Source: a virus
Taxonomy: Duplodnaviria > Caudoviricetes
Direction: 5' to 3' (one strand)
Length of the DNA stretch: 64,000 nt
IMG/VR virus record: IMGVR_UViG_3300028591_000082
Shown: in pieces, positions 38,563 to 48,073 of the stretch
Layout: every line of letters starts with the position of its first letter
Numbering within the stretch: the first letter of the stretch is position 1
Made by a program: the position numbers and the translations under genes
Notes under the pieces: generated by a model
The model's input: only the letters and a program-made list of their open reading frames with translations
Databases searched by the model: none
What the model was told of the DNA's origin: nothing

Positions 38563-38615
38563 TTAAAAATCAATATATAGATAAAAAAGTTAACCTTATA
38601 ATCAAGGAGATTTTT

Positions 38616-39266
38616 ATGACATTTTCTCAAGCATTGACATTAGCAGAAGAAACAAAACCCCTCAAAAATGGTAAAAAGGGATGTGTTTTGATGGACATAG
38701 ATGACTGTCTTTTAAAGGCAGATGGAACTCAGATTTCTATTATTAAAAGAAAACCAGGTGAACCAGAAAGAAGACTTACTTCAGAAGAATATGCAAAGGA
38801 TCCAGATGCTGGAAAGCCAGAAAATAAAAAATGGTTCTCTTATGAAGAATTCCGTGATCCAGTGAAGGTATTTAATTCAATTGTAAATGGTACACCACAG
38901 CTTAAACAGCTTAGACTTTTAGACCAGCACGTTCGTGCTCAGTGGGATATTGCATTCCTTACAGCTCGTGGATTGCAGGATGTTGTAGATAAGGCACTTA
39001 GAGAATTCCTTAAATTTAGAGATAAAGATGGAAAACTTCAGCCAATTGGCGATAATCTCAAATCTGGAATTTCTGCAGCAGTAAATGATGAAGCAAGAGT
39101 ATATCCTGGAGCTACAGACCCAGAAAAGAAAGCAAATGTTATTAAAAAGATTTGTGCAAAATATGATTATGTTAAGTTCGTAGATGATGATCTTAAAAAT
39201 GTTCAATTTGCAAAGAGTCTTGGGCTTAAAAATTTGCAGGTAATTCACGCAAAACCAAATAACTAA
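38616..39266 (+). CDS. HAD-superfamily phosphatase with propeptide-like N-terminus
   Basis: MDIDDCL (motif I), FLTARG (II), K, FVDDD..N (IV); MTFSQALTLAEE. Confidence 0.8.
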   Translation: MTFSQALTLAEETKPLKNGKKGCVLMDIDDCLLKADGTQISIIKRKPGEPERRLTSEEYAKDPDAGKPENKKWFSYEEFRDPVKVFNSIVNGTPQLKQLRLLDQHVRAQWDIAFLTARGLQDVVDKALREFLKFRDKDGKLQPIGDNLKSGISAAVNDEARVYPGATDPEKKANVIKKICAKYDYVKFVDDDLKNVQFAKSLGLKNLQVIHAKPNN

Positions 39267-39276
39267 GGAATAAAAA

Positions 39277-40122
39277 ATGACATTTGAAGAGGCTTTAAAT
39301 ATTAATGAAGAAGCTGAAATAATTATTGAGGAAATTGGTGATGATTATGTTCATAATACCAATGGAAAAGGTTTCTTCAGTATATTAAAAACTGGAAAAC
39401 TCGATGGTAAAGTTCAAAAAGATAAAGTTACTCCTTATCCAAAAGATAAGGAGCTTTGTATGTCACGTTCTGATATGAAACCACAGCATACTGGATATTC
39501 TCCATCTCAGTATCTTAAGTTTGGAACAATGATAAAAATCTCTTTAAAAATGGATAATATCAGAAATGACTTGAGACTTAAAAAACCATATCCAGTTTCT
39601 TATGGTTATTTCAATAAGATGAGAAGCCTTAAATATGAATTAAACAAATATAAAGAAAAAATTAAGACTTCAGAAGGAAAGAAAATTTATAGAGATTTAA
39701 ATAAAATTCTTCTTGATAATAGTTACAGACACGAAGGTATGAAAAAAGCTCCTTCTGAAAATGAAATTAAACAGATAGTTTTAAAACTTGGAGAAATTGA
39801 AAATATAAAAACCGAAATGAATGATGCACTTGAAGCATTTTACAGTATGCAAGAAGGTGGAGAAGAGAGATTAAGAGTACAGTCAGGAATACCTGTTAGA
39901 AGCAAATATATGACAATTAGTATTCCTAATGTAATTTGGGAAAATGATGGGAAAACAATTCAAAAAGCAATAGATGACTTCCAGAAAAAATTCGGGTTAT
40001 CAGATCAAGAAATAAAAGAATTGTTTAAGAGATATAATGATACATCAAGAACTGCTTACAGAATTAAGAACAATCTTCCAAAAGTAAGTAATTTAGATAG
40101 ATTAAGAAAGTTTAGTTATTAA
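39277..40122 (+). CDS. Putative ADP-ribosyltransferase-fold head protein
   Basis: VHNT......ILKTGKL, CMSRS, GGEERL resemble ART H-S-E motifs; MTFEEALNINEE. Confidence 0.4.
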   Translation: MTFEEALNINEEAEIIIEEIGDDYVHNTNGKGFFSILKTGKLDGKVQKDKVTPYPKDKELCMSRSDMKPQHTGYSPSQYLKFGTMIKISLKMDNIRNDLRLKKPYPVSYGYFNKMRSLKYELNKYKEKIKTSEGKKIYRDLNKILLDNSYRHEGMKKAPSENEIKQIVLKLGEIENIKTEMNDALEAFYSMQEGGEERLRVQSGIPVRSKYMTISIPNVIWENDGKTIQKAIDDFQKKFGLSDQEIKELFKRYNDTSRTAYRIKNNLPKVSNLDRLRKFSY

Positions 40123-40167
40123 TGTATTTTTATTGATTTTTTATTAAAAAAATAATATGAAAAATAT

Positions 40168-40398
40168 ATGCAAACATTTTATATAACATTTAAAGAAAAA
40201 CAGAAATTTTCAAAAAAAGAATTAAAAAAAATTTCAAATAATTTTGAAATAGATACAGAATGTAGTATTATAGATTTTAATAATAATGGATTATCAGCTA
40301 ATTTAAAATATGAACATGATCAAAATAGGATAGAAGATGTTGTTAAATTTTTTTTAAAACAAAACAAAATTGAAATAAATGATTTTATATTTGTTTAA
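40168..40398 (+). CDS. Hypothetical protein
   Basis: 76 aa, very AT-rich. Confidence 0.45.
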   Translation: MQTFYITFKEKQKFSKKELKKISNNFEIDTECSIIDFNNNGLSANLKYEHDQNRIEDVVKFFLKQNKIEINDFIFV

Positions 40399-40412
40399 AA
40401 AAGATAAAATAT

Positions 40413-41393
40413 ATGGAAGCTTTAACAGAAGGTCAAAAACAAAATAATGTTTTTCAAAAAAATGGAAATATTACAAAAGAAGGTGATAAAAAATTATATG
40501 CACCACAAATAGAAAAAGCAGAACAAGAAAACAAAGAAAAAATTTTAGATAAAAAAACTCTCGAAATAATTGGAAGAAAATTTATAGAAGAATTTAAAGA
40601 TGAAAAAATTCATCAAAATGTGTTTGGTAATAGTAATGATTATGTTGATTTAGGTAGAGTTATTGCAAACAAAGAAAAAATAATGCTAAATAATAATTTA
40701 GCACAATTAATAGCTAGAAAATATTTGTTAAATTCTGCACCAAAGCTTATGCCATCTTTAAATAAAGAAGAAATACAAACAAAGGCTATTTTATCACAAA
40801 GTGATCATAATGTTCATAATTTAGATAATAAACAAGGTTTTAATGAATTTGGTGATAAAAAATTTTATATAGAACTTCCAATAGGAGCTTTATTTAAAGG
40901 AAAGCTGAAAGAAGTTAATTCGCCAGATGGTATATTTATAGATTTTAGTAAAAGTAATGTTAAATTTTATTTTGTTGAATTAAAATCAAATTCTATTTAT
41001 TTATCTGGTAATAGTTTATCTGATAGTGGAAAATATTTAAAAAAATTTTTAGGAAATAATGTAATAAGTAAATTAAATAGAATAGGTGTTACTAATTCAA
41101 GTAATATTGAAGTAGAAAATTTTAAAAAAAATGAAAAAATTTCAAATAATGCACAATTATTTACGACAAAAGAGTTTTCAAAATTTATACAGGGAGCTAT
41201 TTTTATAAGAGGTGTTCGAGCTGAAAATTTTGAAAGTCTTGGAAATAATAAAACCTTAAAGAAAATGTTTGAGCTATTGCATAAAGTGAATAAAGCAAAA
41301 GATTTTAAAGAAAACGTTAATGAATTTAAAAATTATATAAATTCATTAAATTCAGAAAATTTTTCTGTCGAAACTAAATACTTTAATTACTAG
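40413..41393 (+). CDS. PD-(D/E)xK nuclease-like protein
   Basis: SPDGIFI...FYFVELKS motif; MEALTEG N-terminus; AAGATAA 5 nt upstream. Confidence 0.5.
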   Translation: MEALTEGQKQNNVFQKNGNITKEGDKKLYAPQIEKAEQENKEKILDKKTLEIIGRKFIEEFKDEKIHQNVFGNSNDYVDLGRVIANKEKIMLNNNLAQLIARKYLLNSAPKLMPSLNKEEIQTKAILSQSDHNVHNLDNKQGFNEFGDKKFYIELPIGALFKGKLKEVNSPDGIFIDFSKSNVKFYFVELKSNSIYLSGNSLSDSGKYLKKFLGNNVISKLNRIGVTNSSNIEVENFKKNEKISNNAQLFTTKEFSKFIQGAIFIRGVRAENFESLGNNKTLKKMFELLHKVNKAKDFKENVNEFKNYINSLNSENFSVETKYFNY

Positions 41394-41400
41394 AAAATCT

Positions 41401-41423
41401 GCCACTCTTTGAGTGGCTTTTTT
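41401..41423 (+). terminator. Intrinsic terminator
   Basis: GCCACTC-TTT-GAGTGGC-TTTTTT. Confidence 0.8.
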
Positions 41424-41529
41424 ATTGACCATTTTTAAAATTGTGTTATTATTACGCTACTAATGTGGTAGTTTTACTGAAAAAACTGCTTAATGACACT
41501 AGCAAAGTTAATCACCCACGGAGTTAAGA

Positions 41530-43854
41530 ATGGATAAAAAAGTCATTAAAAGAAATGGTCAAGAAGTAAATTTTGACGAGGAAAAGATTAGAAGAGTTAT
41601 CAATTTGGCTAATAATAATAAAGATGTACCAGATGATAAGAGAATGAATGAAGAGCAGATGGAAAAAGTATTCCAAGTAGCTCTTAAAAAACTTGAACCT
41701 ATGAACAATGTTAAAGTAGAGGACATTCAGGATATAGTTGAAAATGCCCTTATGCTTAAGAATCATTTTGAAATAGCTCGTTCATATGTTCTTTATAGAA
41801 ATAATAAAAAACGCGATAAGAAATTCTCAGAAGATGAGGAAAAAATTATTGCTGTTCTTGATGGAACAAATGAATCTGTAAAACAGGATAATGCAAATAA
41901 GAACTCTGATATGCTTGGAACTCAGAGAGATTATATGGCTGGAACAAAATCAAAAGCCATTGTTAAAAAGACTTGGTCAAAAAAGATTATAACTCTTGAT
42001 ACAAAAGGAGTTATTCATATTCACGATAAAGATTATCGTGCAATGCGTATGACAAACTGCTGTCTTGTTAACCTTAAATATATGTTCAGAAATGGCTATA
42101 TGCTTAATTCCGAATTTATGCATGAACCATCTGATTTTTTAGTTGCTTGTACTTGTGCAACACAGATTGCTCAGCATGTATGTTCAGAACAGTATGGTGG
42201 ACAGACAATGTCTTGGGCTCATATTTCTTATTATGTAAATAAGACAAGACAGAAATATAGAAAAGCAGTAAGAGAAGAATTTGATTCTGTAGGAATTACA
42301 GCAACAGAAGAACAGATTAATGAAATTGCAGAGCAGAGAACACTTAAGGAAATTAAGAAAGGAGTTAAAACATTCCAGTATCAGATTCTTACACTCTCTG
42401 GAACAAACGGACAATCTCCATTTATTTCTGTAGCAATTAATTTTGCTGAATGTGAAAGTGAGCAGGAAAGATATGACCTTTATCTCGTAGCAAAAGAAGT
42501 ATTTGAACAGAGATTAAGAGGAGTAGAAGACGCAAATGGACATAGAGTTTCGGCTCTTTTTCCAAAAATTCTTTATTTCTTGGATGAATATACAGCAGAA
42601 GGTGGAGAATACTTTGATAAATTAATGCCACTTATTTGTAAGTGTGAAAATGAAAGAATGGCTCCAGATTTTATTTCTTCTAAAGTTCAGAAAGCTCTTA
42701 AAGGAAATACAATTGCTTATCCTTGTATGGGATGTCGCTCATTCCTTACAACTGAGGGAAGTTATTTTGAAGATGGAGTTACTAAGAATTGTAATGAAAA
42801 CTTCTACGGTAGACATAATAATGGTGTTATAACTATTAATCTTCCTTATGTAGCACTTGAAGCAAATAAAATTTACAATGAATTAACTGCACAAGGAGAA
42901 AAGGTTTCTCTTAAAGATATATTCTTTAATAAATTGGATGAATATCTTGAAGTAATTTATAATGATGGATTTGTTCAGACTTATAAGAGATTAAAAGGAA
43001 CAAAAGCAAAGGTTGCTCCAACTCTTTGGGTATGGGGAGCTCTTGCTCATCTTGACCCAGAAGACACAATTGACCATCTTATTACTGGATGGCGTTCAAC
43101 ATATTCACTTGGATATGTAGGACTTTGGGAAACATCTCTTGCAATCACTGGAAAAAATCATGTAGAAGATCCAAGTTTTGCACTTTCTATTCTTGAATTC
43201 TTTAATAAAAAGCATGCTGAGTGGCATACTAGATTAATGGACCCAGAAGATCCTAATTCATTCTTGAATACATCTTCTTATGGAACTCCAGAAGAGAATA
43301 CTACAGAAAAGTTTGCAAATGCTCTTAAGAGAGATTTTGATATTATGGAAGGAGTTAACGATCATGGATTTGTAACAAATTCTTATCATATTATTCCTTC
43401 ATATTCTCCAAAAGGAGATGGTAGAGGAATTGATGCTTTCCACAAGCTTGAACATGAAGCAAAATTCTTAGCACTTTCATCTGGTGGAGCTGTTTCTTAT
43501 GTAGAAATTGCAGATATGGCTGATAATCTTGATGTTATTGAATCAGTTATTAATCATATGTATAATACAATTCTTTATGCTGAATTTAACATCAGAAAAC
43601 ATATTTGTTATAAATGTGGATTTAATGGAGAAATCCCATTAGTTAGAAATAAATTTGGAAAACTTTTATATGAGTGCCCAAGTTGTGGAAATACAGATAC
43701 TTCAAAAATGAACATTCTTACAAGATGCTGTGGATATATATTTAATGCAGCAAATGGTGCTTGTCAGGGAAGATATGAAGATATAAATTCAAGAAAATTA
43801 AATCTCGGTGGAGGAAGGAGTAGAAATGCCCTCACAGACCAGATTGCAGTCTAG
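41530..43854 (+). CDS. nrdD: Anaerobic ribonucleoside-triphosphate reductase
   Basis: ATP cone VIKRNG, HIHD, TNCCL, MGCRSFL, CxxC...CxxC, RCCGY glycyl-radical loop. Confidence 0.95.
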   Translation: MDKKVIKRNGQEVNFDEEKIRRVINLANNNKDVPDDKRMNEEQMEKVFQVALKKLEPMNNVKVEDIQDIVENALMLKNHFEIARSYVLYRNNKKRDKKFSEDEEKIIAVLDGTNESVKQDNANKNSDMLGTQRDYMAGTKSKAIVKKTWSKKIITLDTKGVIHIHDKDYRAMRMTNCCLVNLKYMFRNGYMLNSEFMHEPSDFLVACTCATQIAQHVCSEQYGGQTMSWAHISYYVNKTRQKYRKAVREEFDSVGITATEEQINEIAEQRTLKEIKKGVKTFQYQILTLSGTNGQSPFISVAINFAECESEQERYDLYLVAKEVFEQRLRGVEDANGHRVSALFPKILYFLDEYTAEGGEYFDKLMPLICKCENERMAPDFISSKVQKALKGNTIAYPCMGCRSFLTTEGSYFEDGVTKNCNENFYGRHNNGVITINLPYVALEANKIYNELTAQGEKVSLKDIFFNKLDEYLEVIYNDGFVQTYKRLKGTKAKVAPTLWVWGALAHLDPEDTIDHLITGWRSTYSLGYVGLWETSLAITGKNHVEDPSFALSILEFFNKKHAEWHTRLMDPEDPNSFLNTSSYGTPEENTTEKFANALKRDFDIMEGVNDHGFVTNSYHIIPSYSPKGDGRGIDAFHKLEHEAKFLALSSGGAVSYVEIADMADNLDVIESVINHMYNTILYAEFNIRKHICYKCGFNGEIPLVRNKFGKLLYECPSCGNTDTSKMNILTRCCGYIFNAANGACQGRYEDINSRKLNLGGGRSRNALTDQIAV

Positions 43855-44107
43855 AAATGAAAATAATATATATTATGATATTGGTGCAGATATTGATGAT
43901 TTTTATTCACCAATAGATAATAATATTGAACTTCATATGGAAGCACGACCATTTGTGGTAGAACCAAGAAGATTAAATGTTACTTGGACTCGTGATTTTT
44001 TAGTAGAATTTAATACTGAATATGACGAAACTGATGAGATAAATTCTTTGTTTAAAAAAGAAACAAAAAAAATTAAAAAGAAACGTAGAAAAGTTATAAA
44101 AATTTAG
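43826..44107 (+). CDS. Hypothetical protein (C-terminal IKI tag)
   Basis: AAGGAG SD before ATG 43826. Confidence 0.5.
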   Translation: MPSQTRLQSRNENNIYYDIGADIDDFYSPIDNNIELHMEARPFVVEPRRLNVTWTRDFLVEFNTEYDETDEINSLFKKETKKIKKKRRKVIKI

Positions 44108-44184
44108 TATCAGAAAAAAAGATTGTTTAAAATAGCCATAAAGTTTCTCCAATACAAGTTAAAAATAAGAAATGGAGAAATTTT

Positions 44185-44751
44185 ATGGCTATAAAACTTT
44201 CAGATAGTAAATCTTTTAAACTAGAACCGATTAGAAAAAATAGGTGGGTCTTCCAATTTTCTGCAATTCCAGGAAATGATGATAAGCAGAGTGAAGCTTT
44301 AGCTTTTGTATGTAAGACTTGTAATGCTCCAGAAATTTCATTTAATGCAACAACTGCAAACCGTATGAATGAAAAATTCAAGTATGCTGGTCTTCCAGAA
44401 TGGAATCAGATTTCTTGTACATTCTATGATTATATAAGAAATGCTACTGGTGGAGCTGGAGAACTTTCTGCTGGTGATATTCTTTATAACTGGTCTTGTA
44501 TGATTTATAATCCACTTACTGGACAGATGGGATACAAAACACAGTATGCAACTTCTGCAACACTTGCTCAGCTTGATCCAGCTGGTAACGTTGTAAGAGC
44601 TTGGAATATTTTTGGTATCTTCCCAACAAAAGTTAGTTTTGGTAACGGTCTTTCTGCAACAGATGGTGAAATCTGTGAAATTGAAGCAACATTTGATTAT
44701 GATCTTGCTATCAAAATTACAGATGCTAAGACTGCAACTGAATCGGCATAA
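44185..44751 (+). CDS. Tail tube protein (T4 gp19-like)
   Basis: EPIRKNRW, P.ISF, KYAGLPEW..I.CTFYD, QLDPAGNVVRAW...GIFPT, F.YD. Confidence 0.85.
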   Translation: MAIKLSDSKSFKLEPIRKNRWVFQFSAIPGNDDKQSEALAFVCKTCNAPEISFNATTANRMNEKFKYAGLPEWNQISCTFYDYIRNATGGAGELSAGDILYNWSCMIYNPLTGQMGYKTQYATSATLAQLDPAGNVVRAWNIFGIFPTKVSFGNGLSATDGEICEIEATFDYDLAIKITDAKTATESA

Positions 44752-44773
44752 TTATAATAATTATATATATTTT

Positions 44774-44798
44774 AGGCTGCCTAATGGCAGCCTTTTTT
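44774..44798 (+). terminator. Intrinsic terminator
   Basis: AGGCTGCC-TAAT-GGCAGCCT-TTTTT. Confidence 0.85.
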
Positions 44799-44829
44799 AT
44801 TTTCTAAGATAATTTTAAAGGAAAAAGAA

Positions 44830-47800
44830 ATGGCAGAAGAAGCTAAAAATAATTATAGTTATATTGAAGATGAAAACTGTATTCAGATAGATGCTGGTGG
44901 AAATATAGTAAATATAGATTTTAATAATGCTTATGAATTTTTTAATAGTATAGAAAATAGTAATCTTCAAGAATCTGATGAAACAAAGTTAGAGTTTATT
45001 GCTGTTCTTAATGAAAGTATAGTAAATGCATATAATACAATAATAAATAGTAATAGTTATTTATCAAACATAATGGTTACTAAAAGAAAATATGTTAATA
45101 AAATATTAAAGCTTATTGATAAAATAAAAATTGAAAGAACAAAACCATATTGGTTTAAATTTTCAGATACTAATAACATAAAAGGTAGAATTGATTATAT
45201 AACATCATATCTTCCAGAATATTATTTTAGTGAGAATAATAAAAATGGATTGTTTATAAAAATAATAGATTATTATGATGATTATATAAAAACATTAGAA
45301 AATTTTGATAAGACAACATTAATATTACAACTTAAACAAGGTGCTAATTACACTGCAAATGTATATACAAAATTAGATGATTATTTAAGTAAGCAATCAT
45401 ATATACAATTTGGTAATACATCAACTGATAATTGCTTTAATTGGGTTAAATCAACTGGTTACGGAAAAAATCAATATCAAGTAGCATTACAATATTGTAA
45501 TAGTGGTCAGCATTATATTTTAGATGATATTGGATACGTCCCAAAAGGTGATGCCGTTAATACTTGGATTAAAAAAATAAATAAAGAGCTTGAACCATAT
45601 AAAATGCAAGTTAGTAAAACAATTTATGATCCAAATTTAAAAGATCTTACTAATGGTATTTTAGGAAAATTAACTAAAACAGATGAAATCAATAAAATAG
45701 ATTTACCTCAAGAAATAATACGTACATTAGGTGCTGGAGATGGTAATGCTCTTTCTCAAATTTTTGATGATGCTGGAAAATTCGGAGGGGATTTTTTTAG
45801 AAAAGCTTTTGATAAATATCATACATATAATGCATCTAAAAAAAATTATAATAATGCTAATTTTAAAAATCTTAAGGGCTTATTAAAAAATAATAATTTT
45901 TTTGGTATTGATATATCTAATTTTGATAAAATTGATACAGAACATAAAATATGGGAATATATAGGAGTTTGCTTAAATAAACTTTATGCAGAATTAAAAA
46001 CTGCAGAAGCAAATAATTCAGAAAATATAATGCAATATTTTAGAAATAATGTAGATGATAGATTATCTAACAATTTAAGCAAACCATTTCAAAGTTTTGT
46101 TGATATTGATAATTATTATGATTTTTATACAAGTATGACACCTTGGATTAGACTTACTTTTAGGTTTAGAGGTGAAAAAGAAATTATAAGCGTTCCTATA
46201 GATAATATAAAATATTCATTTATAAAATCTTTAAATATGACTGATAATGGAGCTAAAAAATTTAAAATAATTTTATATGATAGAGATTTTAATACTCCAA
46301 TAAAAGTAAAAGATGAAGAAACTGGAACATATAAAAGTTATGGAAGTTTGGATAGATTAATTGCAAGAACATTAAATTTAAATACTGAATCAAAAAAAAG
46401 TGTAGATAAAGATTCAACATCAAAAAGTTTAAGAGCGTATAAAATTGGTGCATCTGATTATGGAGATCTGCAGGGATTTGAAGCTCAATCATCAACAGAT
46501 GGAAATTTGATAGTAGAATATGGGTTTAATGAGTATGATACAACAACATATATTAATACAATACATAAAGATTTTGATACAGTAAAAGTAAACAAAAACG
46601 GAAAAGAAGTAGAAGAAAAGACTTATATAACAGTAGGTGGAACAAAATATCATAATTCAAGAAAAGGAAGATGGTGGCAAGTAAACACAGAATCATCTGA
46701 TTCTACAAATATAACAATGGCAGATAGATTTACTGGTGTAAATCAATCAACTGGAAGAACAAATGTTTTTTATACTCTTATAACTGGGTATACAACTAAA
46801 TTTACAGAAGGTGGAATTTATTATACTATAGAAGCTATAGAATTTAAGGAAACTGAATTAAATAATTATAAAATATATCAAAGATATACTAATTTAGTTG
46901 GTACACCTAAAGAGATATTATACTCTACTATGAAAATAATCCATGGATTATTTGGTAATAATATAAAAATAAAACTCGATCCAGATTTAGCTCAAGAAAA
47001 TGGAGTTTATGAAGAGTTAGAAGAAGTAAACGAAGAAGGAGAAGATGGAGAAACAGTTATAGGAAATAGAGTAAAAGAAATATCTCTTTCTTTGGGTACA
47101 AAAGATGCTATATCTATGTATAGAAATCCAAATGATCCAAATAAAATAACAAAAGATATAAGCATAATAAAAACAAGTAATGCAAAAATGTATAAAAGTG
47201 TAAAAAGTTTACTTGATGATTTGTGTGCAGTAATGCCAGCAAAATTGGATGAAAATGTTGTTACAGAAGATGTGCTCATTCAAGATGAAGATGGAAATAG
47301 CAAAAAAGTAAACGAGGCATACAAATCATATAGAAGATTTACTTATACAACATTTAAAGAAGGAAAAACTATATATGTAATTTTTCATTATCAAAAACCA
47401 AGAGGTTTTGAAAAAATAAGAAGATATAATTGGGGACCTGCAAATCCTTTAAATAGTGTTATAAAATCTGTAGATATAAAAACAGAAAATGAATATTCTC
47501 TTCTTTCTAGCATGACTGTTATAAACTATAAAGATGGACAATTAAATAAAGGTATAATTACTAGAGATGGTGGATATTTAGTTGACAGTAAAGACAAAAA
47601 CGGAAATAAAACTGTTATTTTTAAACCGAATGAAGGTGCTAAAGCTGACTATATTTATTCACCAGGTGATAGTAAAACAGAACAAGAAATAGCTTTAAGT
47701 TATGCTCAATGTCTTTATAATGGTAGTATAACTATTTTAGGAGATCCATTTTATAATTTTGACAAATTTGTAATACCTTATACTTATCCAATTTATTTGA

Positions 47801-48054
47801 ATTTTAAAATTCCAATGTCTGAAATAGATATAATGGATAGGTATAGTGGAAATAAAGAAAAATATAAAGAAGCAAGAGATGAAGATGGAACAGAAACAGC
47901 AATAAATAAAACAAGTAATGGCTATTCTCATTTTATGTCTGGTTTTTACGTTGTTACAAATATAGAACAAAATATAACAGAGTCTGGATTCACAACAACA
48001 TTAGGAGTAATGTCTTATCCAAATATTACCAAAGACATACTATCCCAAAAATAA
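44830..48054 (+). CDS. Large baseplate hub-like protein
   Basis: C-terminal GSITILGDP...SGFYVVTNIEQNITESGFTTTL typical of gp27/VgrG-like hubs; tail cluster. Confidence 0.6.
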   Translation: MAEEAKNNYSYIEDENCIQIDAGGNIVNIDFNNAYEFFNSIENSNLQESDETKLEFIAVLNESIVNAYNTIINSNSYLSNIMVTKRKYVNKILKLIDKIKIERTKPYWFKFSDTNNIKGRIDYITSYLPEYYFSENNKNGLFIKIIDYYDDYIKTLENFDKTTLILQLKQGANYTANVYTKLDDYLSKQSYIQFGNTSTDNCFNWVKSTGYGKNQYQVALQYCNSGQHYILDDIGYVPKGDAVNTWIKKINKELEPYKMQVSKTIYDPNLKDLTNGILGKLTKTDEINKIDLPQEIIRTLGAGDGNALSQIFDDAGKFGGDFFRKAFDKYHTYNASKKNYNNANFKNLKGLLKNNNFFGIDISNFDKIDTEHKIWEYIGVCLNKLYAELKTAEANNSENIMQYFRNNVDDRLSNNLSKPFQSFVDIDNYYDFYTSMTPWIRLTFRFRGEKEIISVPIDNIKYSFIKSLNMTDNGAKKFKIILYDRDFNTPIKVKDEETGTYKSYGSLDRLIARTLNLNTESKKSVDKDSTSKSLRAYKIGASDYGDLQGFEAQSSTDGNLIVEYGFNEYDTTTYINTIHKDFDTVKVNKNGKEVEEKTYITVGGTKYHNSRKGRWWQVNTESSDSTNITMADRFTGVNQSTGRTNVFYTLITGYTTKFTEGGIYYTIEAIEFKETELNNYKIYQRYTNLVGTPKEILYSTMKIIHGLFGNNIKIKLDPDLAQENGVYEELEEVNEEGEDGETVIGNRVKEISLSLGTKDAISMYRNPNDPNKITKDISIIKTSNAKMYKSVKSLLDDLCAVMPAKLDENVVTEDVLIQDEDGNSKKVNEAYKSYRRFTYTTFKEGKTIYVIFHYQKPRGFEKIRRYNWGPANPLNSVIKSVDIKTENEYSLLSSMTVINYKDGQLNKGIITRDGGYLVDSKDKNGNKTVIFKPNEGAKADYIYSPGDSKTEQEIALSYAQCLYNGSITILGDPFYNFDKFVIPYTYPIYLNFKIPMSEIDIMDRYSGNKEKYKEARDEDGTETAINKTSNGYSHFMSGFYVVTNIEQNITESGFTTTLGVMSYPNITKDILSQK

Positions 48055-48073
48055 AAGTTAAAATTGAGGCTTT

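Noticed and set aside
37065-38580. tRNA or known ncRNA genes in the GC-rich intergenic patches
   Set aside because: No cloverleaf, T-loop (GTTCRA) or CCA pattern recognised; the hairpins fit leader and origin roles.
41450-41510. NrdR boxes upstream of nrdD
   Set aside because: Only weak partial palindromes; no convincing match to the NrdR consensus.
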